64,000 nucleotides of DNA from Salpingoeca rosetta (Eukaryota; Protista; Choanoflagellata), in contig JAWQFM010000019.1 in NCBI GenBank assembly GCA_033442325.1, forward strand, positions 24,650 to 88,649. The letters run 5' to 3'. A program made the position numbers and the translations under genes. Below, in pieces: positions 27,074-51,786 of the stretch (its first letter is position 1; the number at the start of each line of letters is the position of its first letter). The notes under the pieces are model-generated. The model had not been told where the DNA came from. It saw only the letters and a program-made list of their open reading frames with translations, and made no database searches.

Positions 27074-27700
27074 GGTCGTCGTTGCCAACAGCGCTTGATC
27101 TGACGCCCGAGGAACAGGCCGTGCTGGATGCAAAGTTGGCGGAGATGGAGAAGGTGTTGGAGGAGGAACTGAAGCAACTGCAGGAGCAGGAAGTTGATAT
27201 CTATGTACGCAACCATACGCAACGTCATTGTTGGCGCGATGATGCGATGCAGATGTGCTGCACGGCTGCGACACGTGCTTGGGCCCCTGTTCGTTTTCTC
27301 TCCTTATTCACCCCTGCCTCTAATTCCAACCACCACCACCACCACCATCACTGCCTGGTGCGCAGGTAGAGAAGTTCACGGAGGCGATGGAGATGTCGCG
27401 CAAGTTGGCTGAGATGGAACGCGTCATGCAGCAGAAGAATGAGGAAATTCTGCTCCAGCGCGAAATTGTTGCGCTGGAGATGGAGGAGAATCGACTCAAC
27501 CCGGAGCCCGACGACTCGCGTGCCGAGCTCTCAGGTGCGCTCTCACGATGGTCGCGGTCATGCTCGTGGTGGATTGCTGGCGTGTGGAAGAGTAGGGGGG
27601 GGGGGGTTCTTGGGGTGTGTGTGTGTGTGTGTGTGTGCGTTCCTTGCATGGCAGCGTACTCACAACTCCTGGAATGACGTGTCATTGCGTGTACAGTGAT
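25107..27700 (+). CDS. Hypothetical multi-exon protein with acidic linker and C-terminal coiled coil; 3' end uncertain
   Basis: MEEEEEHAQAVAEFRRLL... exons have canonical splice sites. The C-terminal LDAKLAEMEKVLEEELKQLQEQE...MEMSRKLAEMERVMQQKNEEILLQREIVALE is heptad-like. Confidence 0.55.
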
Positions 27701-27749
27701 CTTCCGCCGCGCCTGGACCTTGGCCAGTTCTTGTCCTCGTGAACGAACG

Positions 27750-27796
<47 letters not shown>

Positions 27797-28138
27797 CTAC
27801 ACGACACGACACAAACACCACATAAGAACGTCTGTGTACATATGAGCATACCCCGAGTTACCTCCAATACTTTTTGCAGTAAACGCTAGACATGATGAAA
27901 GCTCTCGTACAGTTCAAATGGAATGGAGCGTAGTGCTGGAACACGTTTTGTTGGAACGTGCCGTTGAAAACAGTTTGGTTCTGTTTAATAAGTGTTCTGA
28001 AACAGCACAATGAAACGGCTATCTATCACTACACGCTATAAGTACACATGCACTTGTAACACAATGGCCATATTGGAGTGTTGGTGCCATCGCGTCGTGG
28101 AGGCGAGTTGCGTTGGTGTTGGTGGTCCTTGCTGCACG

Positions 28139-30031
28139 TCACTGTTACGTATCATGCACACAATCGAGAGTGAGGCAACATCATATCCCGCGTCGCAGGC
28201 AAGCACACACATTCACACATACAAGACACATGAACACACATAAACACACGCACATGCACACACACACATGAACACACCTGCACACCTTCACACACACATA
28301 AACACACGCATATGCACACACACATGAACACACCTGCAGCTTCTTTGGCTGGAGTGCAATGTCGAGGGCGTGTGCCCTTTGTTTGTTTGGGCAGAAGAGT
28401 TCTTTGATTGCGTAATGGATGGTGATTGCGACGAGAACAAAGGCCACCACGCCCGCCGTCATCAACCACGCGGGATCAGCCGCCGTCAGCGGTGGGATGT
28501 CGTCCCAATACTGACGCGAATGGAGGGTGAGTGGAGGGAGGGTGGTTGGGGTGAGTGAAAGCGTGTGTAAGTGTGTGCATGTGTGTGCATGTGTGTGCAT
28601 GTGTGTGCATGTGTGTGCATGTGTGTGCATGTGTGTGCATGTGTGTGCATGTGTGCATGTGGAAAGGGGGGAGGAGAACCAATGTGCACATGCACATGTG
28701 TGTGTGTGCGCGCGAACCTTGTATGCGATGAGATCTTCGGTGATGAGGATGAGCCCGACCATCGAGACCTGCTGGCCCATCTTCTTGCACGTCCTGCAGC
28801 AATCACAGCCACGCACACAGGTACGAAGGAGATATCAGACAAAGGCGCAGGCACGGAAATGACAACTCAACCACAGTCAAACAACAGCACAACATCACAC
28901 ACTCACACACACTCACACATACAGACACACAAAACACACACACACACACTCACCTACCCACAGACACACACACACGGTCCACAGTCCAGAGCGGGCCACG
29001 TACGGGTCTGTGATGTACGCGTTGAGTTCTGCGACGGCAACGGGGGCGGCGCACCCCGCGAACAGCAGCCGGTACACGTTGAAGCTGTCACGATGGTGAA
29101 ATGTGGTGACGTGAGGGGTTGTGAGGTGAGGTCAACAAGGATCATGTCAGTCAGCGGCGCACTTATGTGCGATGTGTGTGTGTGTATGTGTGTGTGTTTG
29201 TCTTTTCGTGTGTGTGCATTAACGGTGGTGATTTGCACACCTGTGGTCAGCAGGGATCCAGAGCGTGGACTTGAGATAAAACGCGTTGAGATCCGAACAG
29301 AGCATCTGGTGATCAGAACGCATGAACGAGGGAGGAAGTGAGTTGTGGGGACGTGGTACAATGAACACAACACGCACACACACACATGCACACACATGCA
29401 CACACATGCAAACACACACATGCACACACATGCACACACACACATGCAAACACACACATGCACACATGCAAACACACACACGCACACATGCAAACACACA
29501 CACACGCACACATGCACACATGCACACATGTACAGACACGCAAAACAAAGCACAAACGCAACAAACACGACCACTTGTATGCAACGTGTTCCCACCATCC
29601 AGATTGCAAAGAGCGTGACGAGCCAGTGCTTGAGGTCGCGGTACGGGCCCCACTGGAAATTCGTCCATGCGTACGGCGAAAACTGCGCAATTGCGCGCAT
29701 CAGCTTGCCCCTGGTGACGACGACGAGGTGATAGTGGTGGTGTTGGGGATGGTGAGTGTTGGTGGTGGTGGTGGTGGTGGTGGTGGTGGTGGTGGTGGTG
29801 GTGGTGTGGTGGTGGTGCCGTGAAAGGGAACATGCAAGCTTTGGGCGGCGCATTGCATGCGCACTTAAATCACAGCGGCTCACAAACAAACACAGCAACA
29901 CCGCTTCCCACACCTTGCAGTCGGGATCTTGTTGATGCCGCGCCAGCGGTACTCCTTCATCTCGAGATAGCGGCAGAGCAGCAGCCCAACCGCAATCCCG
30001 CCCCCGTTGCACACGATAAAGTCCAGCACCC

Positions 30032-30077
<46 letters not shown>

Positions 30078-30757
30078 GGTAGCGTGAGTTGAGGGAACCT
30101 CAAAAAAGTACACACACGCACACACACACACACACAAGCATCAGCATGTACACATGAACAACGCCGTCACACAGGGACACCATGTCAACAAGAAGAAAGG
30201 CATGTGGTGTTGCTGAAACTCACGTGGTCCCACCAGCACTCGCCAAAGTTTGGCAGCTGAAACTCAAGCATGTACTCAAACAGCTCAAATGCAAAACTGC
30301 ACACCTGTCGTGGTGATGAGGTGACGGGGGATGAGGTGACAGCGCACGGAACAGGCACAAACTCACTCATGGCAGTGTTTCACGACAGCCTTTGTCTGCC
30401 CAACACAAACAACTACAGTACGCCACGTATTTACAATCTCACACATCCACCACCACCACCATCACCACACAAACTCCACAACAAAGCAAACTGCTCACAC
30501 CCTCACACGCTGTTACCATCACTTGGACCACGTACCAGGAGAATCTTGAGGTTCCTGAAGGCGAGTGCCTTGACAACCCACCCCAATGCGTGCGCAATCA
30601 CAAAACGATCCATCTTTTGGAGAAAGTTTGCGTAAGGGTTTCCGGATGGATGGTCCGGAACATAAATACGACAGTCGTCAGCATACGTCTGCTCAGGCAA
30701 CTTCTGGCCTGCAGTGTTGAACGCACGGTGTAGTGGCGTCGGTGGTGGTGGTGATGA

Positions 30758-30791
<34 letters not shown>

Positions 30792-31441
30792 GGTGGTGGT
30801 GGTGGTGGTGGTGGAAGAAGGCGAGGTAGGGTGAGGGGTCACGTTGGTGATTATTGCACGGGGCACGGCCGTGATCTGGTCCTGCACAAGCCCACAAACG
30901 GCAGCGGCCGTGCATGTGTCGTTGATCAGTCTGAGTCCATCCCCATCCACACACGCCCACACCACCATGACGCCCCACCGAGATTTGGGTCGAGGAACTT
31001 GAGCGCCCGGCGGCCGTCCTCTGGTTTCTGCAGCGAAGCGTGTGCACACACACACACACATATGCAGTGAGAAGGCAAGGAGTGGTGGCGGCAGTGTGTG
31101 TGTGTGTGTATATGTGTGAGTGAATGAGTAAGTGAGTGGGTGAGTGTGTGAGTGTGTATGTGTTTGTGTGTTTGTGTGTTTGTGTGAGTGAGTGTGTGTG
31201 TGTGTGTGTGAGTGCGTGCATTTGCTCCGTATGGACAAGGAGCAGTACTTCGATTCGCTGCCGGTTACCTGGAAGAGGATGAAGAGGAGCCCCATCTCAT
31301 AGAGGACAGATGCGCCCAACACCAGCCGCCACACAACTGCACACAATCACGATAACACGGGAGAGGTGGCGTGGTGGTTCAACGTGAGGAACAACCAACA
31401 CATGACTCTGAAAACATATTGCATACATCTGAGCACAGGTT

Positions 31442-31517
<76 letters not shown>

Positions 31518-31828
31518 CGCGTACACACACACACACACGCACACACACACACCGCACAGGCTGATCAATGAGCACGGCACCATGCGTGTGTGAGCACACG
31601 ACGCAGCATGTCACGCTTCTGACCAGGATGCGGGCGGATGAACGGGCCATCGTTGAACTGCATGGCAGCCTGCACCAGAAAGACGCCACAAGCAACAGCA
31701 ACACCACTGCACGCACAGAGGGGGCGAGGGTCGGGCGTGAGTACATGCTACGCTCTTACTGCCAATCCAAGCCGATCGATCATACAAGGAAAAGAGCATT
31801 CATAGCCACACACACGCATGCATACACA

Positions 31829-31864
<36 letters not shown>

Positions 31865-32302
31865 CACACATATTGTCTCTCTGTTCTCACCGCTGTGCAT
31901 TGATGGACGAGTCCTCGTCATCGAGGAAGAGAGCCATGTAGACGACAGCACACACGACCAGCGTCAGCACCGTCACAACATGGGGGCGCCTGTCATGGGC
32001 ACAATGCAGGTTGTGTGTCGAGTCAGCGTCACAGGAGAGTGGTAGCTCTGTTTCATGCTGTTTGTCACGCACATGCACATCCACACTCCCACGCGCTCAG
32101 TTTCACCACGTGACAACATACCAGAACCAAGACTGCGAGCCATCATCCTCAAAGTTTGTGTTGTGGATTTTGAAGCGGTAGGGTCCCTGTCACAGAGAGA
32201 GAGTGTGTGTGTGTATGCGTGTGTGCGTGTGTGCGTGCGTAAGTGTGTGTGAGTGAGTGGGAGAGACGTACACACACACATGCACGCACACACACACACA
32301 CG

Positions 32303-32333
<31 letters not shown>

Positions 32334-32522
32334 ACGCACACACACACGCACACGAGCAACCTGGTGAGAATGTTTCTGCGCCCAGCCACCTCACCCCCCG
32401 CCATCAGCCAGGACTCATACCTGGGACACAAAGGCCGTTGCCGTTGCATCGTTCAGGCTGACAGCCCGTTGGCGCGGCTGTCGCGGCTGCCTCTTCCGCT
32501 CGTCCGCGGTTGCAGCAACCAT
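28139..32522 (-). CDS. PTDSS2: Phosphatidylserine synthase (base-exchange type), PTDSS2-like; 3' end approximate
   Basis: [11 protein letters not shown]|[84 protein letters not shown]|[30 protein letters not shown]. Confidence 0.9.
28571..28638. repeat. (GTGTGTGCAT)n decamer tandem repeat in a PTDSS intron
   Basis: About six consecutive gtgtgtgcat units. Confidence 0.9.
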
Positions 32523-32979
32523 GTTGTTGTTGTTGTTCGCTGCAGGTGCGAGTGGCGCGCTGTCGTCGTCGCTGTTGCTAGCTTCGCCAGTTTCACTCCC
32601 TTCTATGACTCTCTGTGCGCTTGTTTGCTTGCTCGCTCGCTTGCTCGCTTGTTGATTGATTTGAGAGTGTGCACGTCCCACAACAACAGCAACACCAACA
32701 CCAACACACCGCAACACCAACCGCGCACCCACGTGTTTCGTTTGTGTTTCGTGAGCTGCGTGTCCTTGTTGCGCGTTGCTGCCTCTTGCCCAGCAAGTAT
32801 TGTAGATAATTGGCTTATATCTTCAACAATAATTCCACATCCACCCTCGTGTGCGACAACGCTGCTTACACAGCTCGGCATTTTCACACAGCAATCAACA
32901 CACAAGACGTGTAACCACCACCAGCCAGCATCCACATATCCCACACCACCATCACCACCTCAAACGCCAAGCACCAGCC
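32523..32979. promoter_or_regulatory. Putative bidirectional promoter between PTDSS2-like and SARS1
   Basis: The divergent ATGs are about 460 bp apart and the spacer contains a GCTT/GCTC repeat at 32620-32651. Confidence 0.55.
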
Positions 32980-37097
<4,118 letters not shown>

Positions 37098-37256
37098 ACT
37101 GTGCCATGCGTGCAGCAACACAGGGCAGTGCGATGATGGATGGTGGATGTGTTGGGATTTGCTTGTTGCGTTCGATGCGTTGGACTGCGCCTGTGTGCGT
37201 GTCACGACACCATAAACGGTAGTGGTGAGGACTGCCACACAACGAAACACAACGAG

Positions 37257-44453
<7,197 letters not shown>

Positions 44454-44853
44454 GAAGAACAGAAACGAGACGATAACAGCGATGACATTGGGCTGATTCG
44501 TGGGCGTGTGTTTGATGTCTGTTGCGACACCTTGTACCGTGTTCGTGTACGTATTTGCTGGGTGTTCGTTCATGGATTTAATTGTGGACGGTCGTAACAT
44601 CAAACACCACGGCAATCACATGGCGGTGGTGAAGAGCACAATGGATGAACAAAACTGTAACATGATGAAAGGACAAAAGTGGAAGCCGTGCCAGCTTGAC
44701 AGTGGCAATTGTCAACGCACGTGTGTTCACACACACACACACACACATGCACGCACACACGCATACACACACATGCACGCACACACGCATACACATGCAC
44801 GCACACACGCATACACACATACAAATGCACACATACAAATGCACACATGTCCT

Positions 44854-45556
44854 TTACTGCGTGACTGCGACTATGGCGACGGCGAATGGGCTGAGGAACA
44901 CGACGTTGTTGGTGACGGTTTCGCTTCTCGGCGGGCCATCGCCGCTCTGGAGATCAACAACGCGCATGTGTGTCGCGCCCATCACCCGCGCGCTCCCGTG
45001 CACATTCGATTTGTTCACGACCAACACCTACCAAGTTGAAGCAATGACGGCAGCGCAACGTCAGCAACACAGGCACAGTGTGACCCTTGAAGAAAAACAA
45101 TGTACACACACGCGCACACACCATGCACACGCACACACACACACGCACACACAACAACAACCCTGCCTGCCTCACCTTCTTGTGACCGCCCTTGGTGACG
45201 TACGCCTGCGCATACAGGTCTGCATCACCCGGGTAGTCCGGCGGCCGCGCAAACCCGCCGCTGTCACGCGTGCATGCTGCCTGCACCACAAGGTCCTTGT
45301 ACACGCCGTAGCACGGGTCGCCAAATGTCGGGTACGAGGCAACAGTGCACGCACGCTTGCCTTTGCACATGGCGGTGACAATGGCAGTCGTGTTGCTCGC
45401 ATCGCATGCGCCCGTTTTGTAGTGCCCGCATGTTCCGGTCGGTGTTCCAAACGAAGCGAACGTGATATTGGTGATGACTGCATCGTCTTCATGACACATC
45501 AGCGATACATTTCCATACCCAACATGCCCGTCCACCTGGATGGATGGATGGATGTG

Positions 45557-45633
<77 letters not shown>

Positions 45634-46412
45634 GTGATTTGACACTCGTTTGCGCAAGAGTGGAAGTACCAGCACTGACAGGCAATTTGCAACCATCATA
45701 TCCACCACCAACAACCAGGCGTGTACCTTTGCACAGAGCGGAGAGTGTGGTGTCGTGCTCATTGTCGTGTGCACCAACTTGTCACCTGGCGCAAGCTGCC
45801 ATCCACGCAAGCCGCATGTCACGCACGCACAGCACTCGTGAGCAACAGTGGATGGTGTATGGAGTCGTACGCGTGCATGTGCACATGATGTGAGGTCACG
45901 ACGTGTGTGACGTGACGTGCAATAACTCACCTCCTCAATCATGAGCTTCAGCACCCAATACCGCGCATTCCCTGTGGTTTTCACACATGGATGCCAAGGT
46001 GAGAACAACAAGCATAAATGCCAAACAAGCGCCATTAGTCACGTCGCATCACATCACACCAAAACACCCCACTGTACCCCCGCCATCACTTTCACGATCA
46101 CCACACCCCAATCACGCCCGCCACCGCCACCACCACTACGACCTTCGCCACTTGTCCAGTTGAGCATGGAGACAGACGGGTACTGCGGGTCTGGGATGTC
46201 CCATTCTGGAATTGGCGGCGACCCGGCAAGCTGCGATTCCCCAAGCACCTGATGCAATCGACACGCGGTGTTGGGGTGTTGGGGTGTTGGGGGGGGGGGT
46301 GTTGGGTTGGGTTGGAAGCAGCAGTGTGAAGCAAGGGCTCGGACGAAATTCAGTCGCGCAAGCATACACCACTACCGGTGCATTCAAGCACACACACATG
46401 CACAAAGGCAAC

Positions 46413-46488
<76 letters not shown>

Positions 46489-47506
46489 CTACGCAACTAC
46501 ATACGCGAGCACACACACACACATTCATACGCGGGCGCGCACACACACACACATATGCAAGTCAACTACACATGCCCGCACGTCGAGGCCGAGTTTCGTC
46601 GTTTCAGGGACGAGATAGGCATACATGGCGGCGGCGGCGTTCCAGTAGATGCGGGGCGGGACGGGGCTGGTGGGGTCGTTGTCGTCTTGGTCGCGCGTAG
46701 TTGGGGTTGTCCATGATAATCGCATGTGAGGGGCGATCCAACGAGAATGACGGCAGTGTTCTGCATTGTACAGGCGTACACACGCACATACATATGTACG
46801 CACGGCACGCAAACACACACCACACGCGCACGTTCACCGTTACATCATTCTAGCACACGGGGGCAGGGGCTCACGTGGGAGGATGACGCCGGTTTCATCA
46901 CACGAGAGTTTCGTGTTGGGTGAGAGCTGGGATCGCAAGTGCGCAATCTTCTCCAGCTGCTGCAGGAACTGGTCTGCATCGCTGCAACAAAAGGGGGGAG
47001 GATGGGGGCAATCGAGCAAACGGTGCATACGTGGTGATGCACGCAATCGCAGGCGATGTGTTAGTCACAGCACACGCATGCAGAGCAAAACAGTCGAGGA
47101 CACGACAACAGAGAAGCACACACACACACGCACACACGCACACACGCACACACGCGCACACGCACACACGCACACGCACACACGCACACACACGCGCACA
47201 CACGCACACGCGCACACAGATGCACACCCGAAAAACGACGTGTATGTATCTGGGTCTGTTCTGTTTGTGCAAGAGGCGTAAAAGTGGAAAGAGACGTAAT
47301 CGAGGGGCGTGTCTGGTGCGTGGTTGCTGTGGTTGAGGAATGACGCAATCCAATCAAGCGGCTGCCCAGATGCTGCAAGGCCAACAAACTTCAGCCTAAT
47401 GATGGTCGTGGTGGTGGTGGTGGTGGTACATGGGTTGTTGTCGAGAGAAGAGAGGTGGATGTGTGCAACACAACACGATGGTACACGTGTAAACGCCTCC
47501 ATATCC

Positions 47507-47578
<72 letters not shown>

Positions 47579-48343
47579 ACCTGTGGTTTGGGTCGGCCTG
47601 GCGTCGGATTTCCTTGACGACGGCGTCATACTGAAAAGGACAGCAAGGGAACGAGCACGTGCGTGTCAGAACAGTGAGACAAAACACATCCACAACACAA
47701 TGCGCCTTTGGGAAACAAAAACGCAGGGCACCACCTGCCTGTCTGCTGCGATGTCATCTGAGCAAAAATGCCTCACCTGTTTGTTGTACTGCTGAGCGTT
47801 AAGGCCGTGGCACCCTTGTGGTTCATTGAACACCTGCACGTGAGTGAGCAGTGCGCAGTGACAAGGGATGAGTGCAACGAGGAGACGGTGGCCAGCCCTC
47901 ACAGGGCTCAGTCAAAGGCGCCACGCTCACACAGCACACAAGCTACACGCTAGCAACACGGCACGCAAGCCACACACAACAACACGACACGCAAGGAACG
48001 TGCTATCAACACGATACAGCCCAGACAACTGTGCCATAAACTGACCTCCCAGTGGGTGAGGTTGTACTTGGGACCGCCGGTGTGGCGCGTGCCGTATTCG
48101 TCGACAAACTCGCCGTTGGTGAGCCAGGAGAGAAGGCGCCCATAGTATTCTGCCACGAGCCGCGTCGTGTTGGCACGAGCATTGCCTCGCGGATATCCAA
48201 AGTCTGCCGTGTTCGGGTCAGCAGGGTAGTCCCATTTCGGCGTATCATACTGAAGTGTGAATGTGCAGGGAAGAGCATGATGTGGCCTTGGGGTGAGCAC
48301 ACAGGAATCATTGCAAAACCATGATGGAAGACGCGCACATGCG

Positions 48344-48382
<39 letters not shown>

Positions 48383-49220
48383 GCGTTCACGCACACGCAC
48401 ACGCGCACACACGCGCACACACACGCACACGCACGCACACGCACGCACACGCACATGCACGCACACGCACATGCACGCACACGCGCACACACGCACATGC
48501 ATACACGCACCATCCAGGTTGGCTGTGTGCTGAAGTTTGGAACGACGGTGTGACCCTTGCGAAGCGTGGCATTCATGACGAGCTCGAGCTGTGGCAGGAT
48601 CCACTCAAAGTTCCACGATGTGGTGTTGGTCGCGGCGTTTGGCGGCTCAAGCTCAGCCACACCGACCTTTGGATATGGGAACCACGGCACGTACCTACGA
48701 AGATCGCGCATTTGTGTTGCAGTTAAAGGTCAGAGCGTGGTGTGCAAATCAGCCGCGTCAACACGTGCAGGACGGTTGCGGGGAAGATACAGTAGAAAAC
48801 ACGAAGCACACACAAACACACACACTCTCTCTCTCACAAACATACACACACCCATACACACAAACACACACACCCATGTACACGCCCATACACACACCCA
48901 TACACACACCCAATAAACAGCCCATACACACACCCATACACACACCCAAGCACACAAAGACGCGCGCGCGTGTACCGAACAAGGTCGGCGTTGAGGGCGG
49001 CGAGGCTCTCCCCTGCTCGATGGGCGACTGGCGAGGTGGCTGGGTTGAGAATGGGATTGGCCACAACTTGCAGGGTTGTTGTTGTGTTTGACACGGCCAC
49101 CACACGGCTCCAATCCACCTCCACTATCCCCGCTCCGCTCACCATCACCACCAGGCCAGGCGCAGCCAACACCACCACCATCGTGGCAAGGAGGTTCATC
49201 TTCCAAAGCGCCATTCTCAT
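44854..49220 (-). CDS. Secreted clan GH-A glycoside hydrolase (GH39-like) with a SUEL/Gal-rhamnose-binding lectin domain
   Basis: Signal peptide; [11 protein letters not shown]; [18 protein letters not shown]; acid/base WEVFNEP; [10 protein letters not shown]; putative nucleophile SCDETGVI. The SUEL domain reads [14 protein letters not shown]...CKGKRACTV...[18 protein letters not shown]. Stop TAA at 44854-44856. Confidence 0.75.
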
Positions 49221-49521
49221 CCTCTTCCTTTGAGGTCCAAACGATGATGTACACACCGTGCACGCGCACTGACATTCACGCATGCACCAGCCAGTGGATC
49301 AACCCACAAGCACCACTGCTCTGCTGTTGCTTTCCTTTGCTTGCTTGCCCAAAACGCGTCCTTCCTTGTTTGTGTTTGCGTTGTTGGCGATTGGTTGGAG
49401 ATTTGTGTTAATTTTCGCCTGGCTGCCAACACAACAGCCGCAAGCATCTCGTCATCAGCACGCCACGCACAAGCACACACCACCAACACCATCATCGCCA
49501 GCAGCCTCTGCGTTTGCCGTC

Positions 49522-50713
49522 ATGTCTGGGATGATGAACAAGGGCGGGCGGATTGTGGAGCAGCCACGGGACTTGATGCGAGCACAGGTGGCCATGCGGC
49601 CCCATGTGTTGAGTGAACAGTGGCGCCAGAAGAATCCAAACGCAGCCAGTACAAGCATGCCGCTCAACGCGTACGTGGCCGAGTGGCAGTGGCACACCGG
49701 CACCATCTCAGCACAAGCAAACGCCGAGCCAGTTCGAGTCACAAAGGGGTTTCAAGGTGTGTGTCTGTGTGTCTGTCTGTGTGTGTGTCTGTCTGTCTGT
49801 GTTGTCTGTGTGTGTGTGCCAGTGTGTACCTGCATCTACGTGTCTGTCTGTCTGTCTGTCTGTGAACAAGTGAACCAAAATGGCTGCCTTTCCCTGTGTG
49901 GGCTGCTTTCTTCACCCTGCTTTCTTCACCCTGCTTCTCCTCACCCTGCTTCTCCTAACCCTGCTGTCCATCTCCCTGCTGCCCATCATTCATACCTTAG
50001 ACACGGCCACGAACGGAATCGCTGCGGGTGAAATTCTGCTTCTTCACGCCAAAGTCAAGGACCGAAACATGATGTGCCAAGACGTGTATGGTCACCGCTT
50101 CGTCATTTCACTCGCGTGCAAGGCCCCATTCGTAAAGGTGCGTGCGCTTAGTTTCATGACCGTGAACACCCCTAGCTCTTTTGCGTCAGCGTTGCACCTG
50201 ATGTGAATTGGGCGTGGCGACAACGCTTGTGCCTCATGCACACACACACGCCCAAGCGCACGCGCGCACACATATGTGCACACTTCAACAATACCCCCAC
50301 CACCACCTGGCCACGCTCACATGCCCTTGACACCACTTGCTCTGCACAGCTTGCGGTGAACCTGGGCATTGCGCCCAAGGAGTGGAGTAAACAGCTGCCC
50401 GTTCTGTCACGCGACCCGCACCCGCGCCCCATCACGTCCTTTCTCAAGCGCGACGGAACCCTGGTGCGATGCACGTGCGAGTTGTATACACGACTGTGTG
50501 TATGTGTGTTCAACACTTGCCTTCTTCGCCGCAGCCATTCATTTCCCCCCCCCCACTGACTTGCTCACGTGCGTTTACATGTGTGCTCACACGACTCGAT
50601 TGCAGGACGAACCCATCGCCGTCGCGCTCGCATCTGAGGTGACGAACCGCGGTGTGGCAAAGGCAAACTGCATCGTCTTCCTCAGGTCCGTTGTGTGTGT
50701 GTGTGTGTTGTGT

Positions 50714-50756
<43 letters not shown>

Positions 50757-51374
50757 GTGTGTGTGTGGGCGTGTGTGTGTGTGTGTGTATGTGTGTGTGT
50801 GGGCATGCGTATGGTCGTGGATGAGTACATCCACAGCTGTGTGTGGATGCTTCCGTACACGTGCTTCCCATCCCCTGTTTGTCAACTCACACCACCCCCA
50901 TTTCTCGACCAATTTCCACGCCTCTCCTCCTTCATGCTCATGCCGCATTTCTCCCATGGCATTTAGCGTAAACAACGACGCCATAGTCGTCTGCTCTTCG
51001 CAACGCGAGGTGAGATGCAAGGAGGCACACGACCATACGATCACATAAGCACAACCACATGCACGCAACCGCACACAGACACACATATGCAAAGAAATGC
51101 AACCCGCTCGTCGCTCACCCACGATAACGCGTGCTCGTGCCCCCTTCCCCTTTTTATCGCCACCTCCATCATCACCACCATCACCACCATCAGCCCCAGC
51201 ACGCTGCCTCGTCGCCCAGCCTGATTGCACTTCCGCTGGATGCAGATGTGCGCGTGTGTGCGGTGCCGCCGTCAGAGGCGCATCACGAGTACGACGTGAG
51301 CTGGGGCACAGACTACGACGTCACCGTGGTGCGTGCACACAAAACGTAACACATGGTGTATTTGTATGTGTGTG

Positions 51375-51441
<67 letters not shown>

Positions 51442-51736
51442 ATGAAATTCCCCATGCACCGTTGCTTCTCTGGTCAACACTGCTCTTGGACCATTATCAT
51501 GTTGTTCCTTAATTGTCGTTGCAGCCCATTGTCTCACATTCACATGTGTGTGTGTGTGTGTGTCATCAGGGCGCCGTCTCTGACTCGGATCTGCGGAGAA
51601 TCGGACATCGCATCCACTCCGACGCGCAACTTAGCATCAACAGCCGCATCCAAGCCGCCACCAAACGCCGCCCGCGCGCTAGGCAGCAGGTGCGCATCCA
51701 ATGCGGAGCAAATCATGATGAACAAGGGAGTTGTGT

Positions 51737-51786
<50 letters not shown>

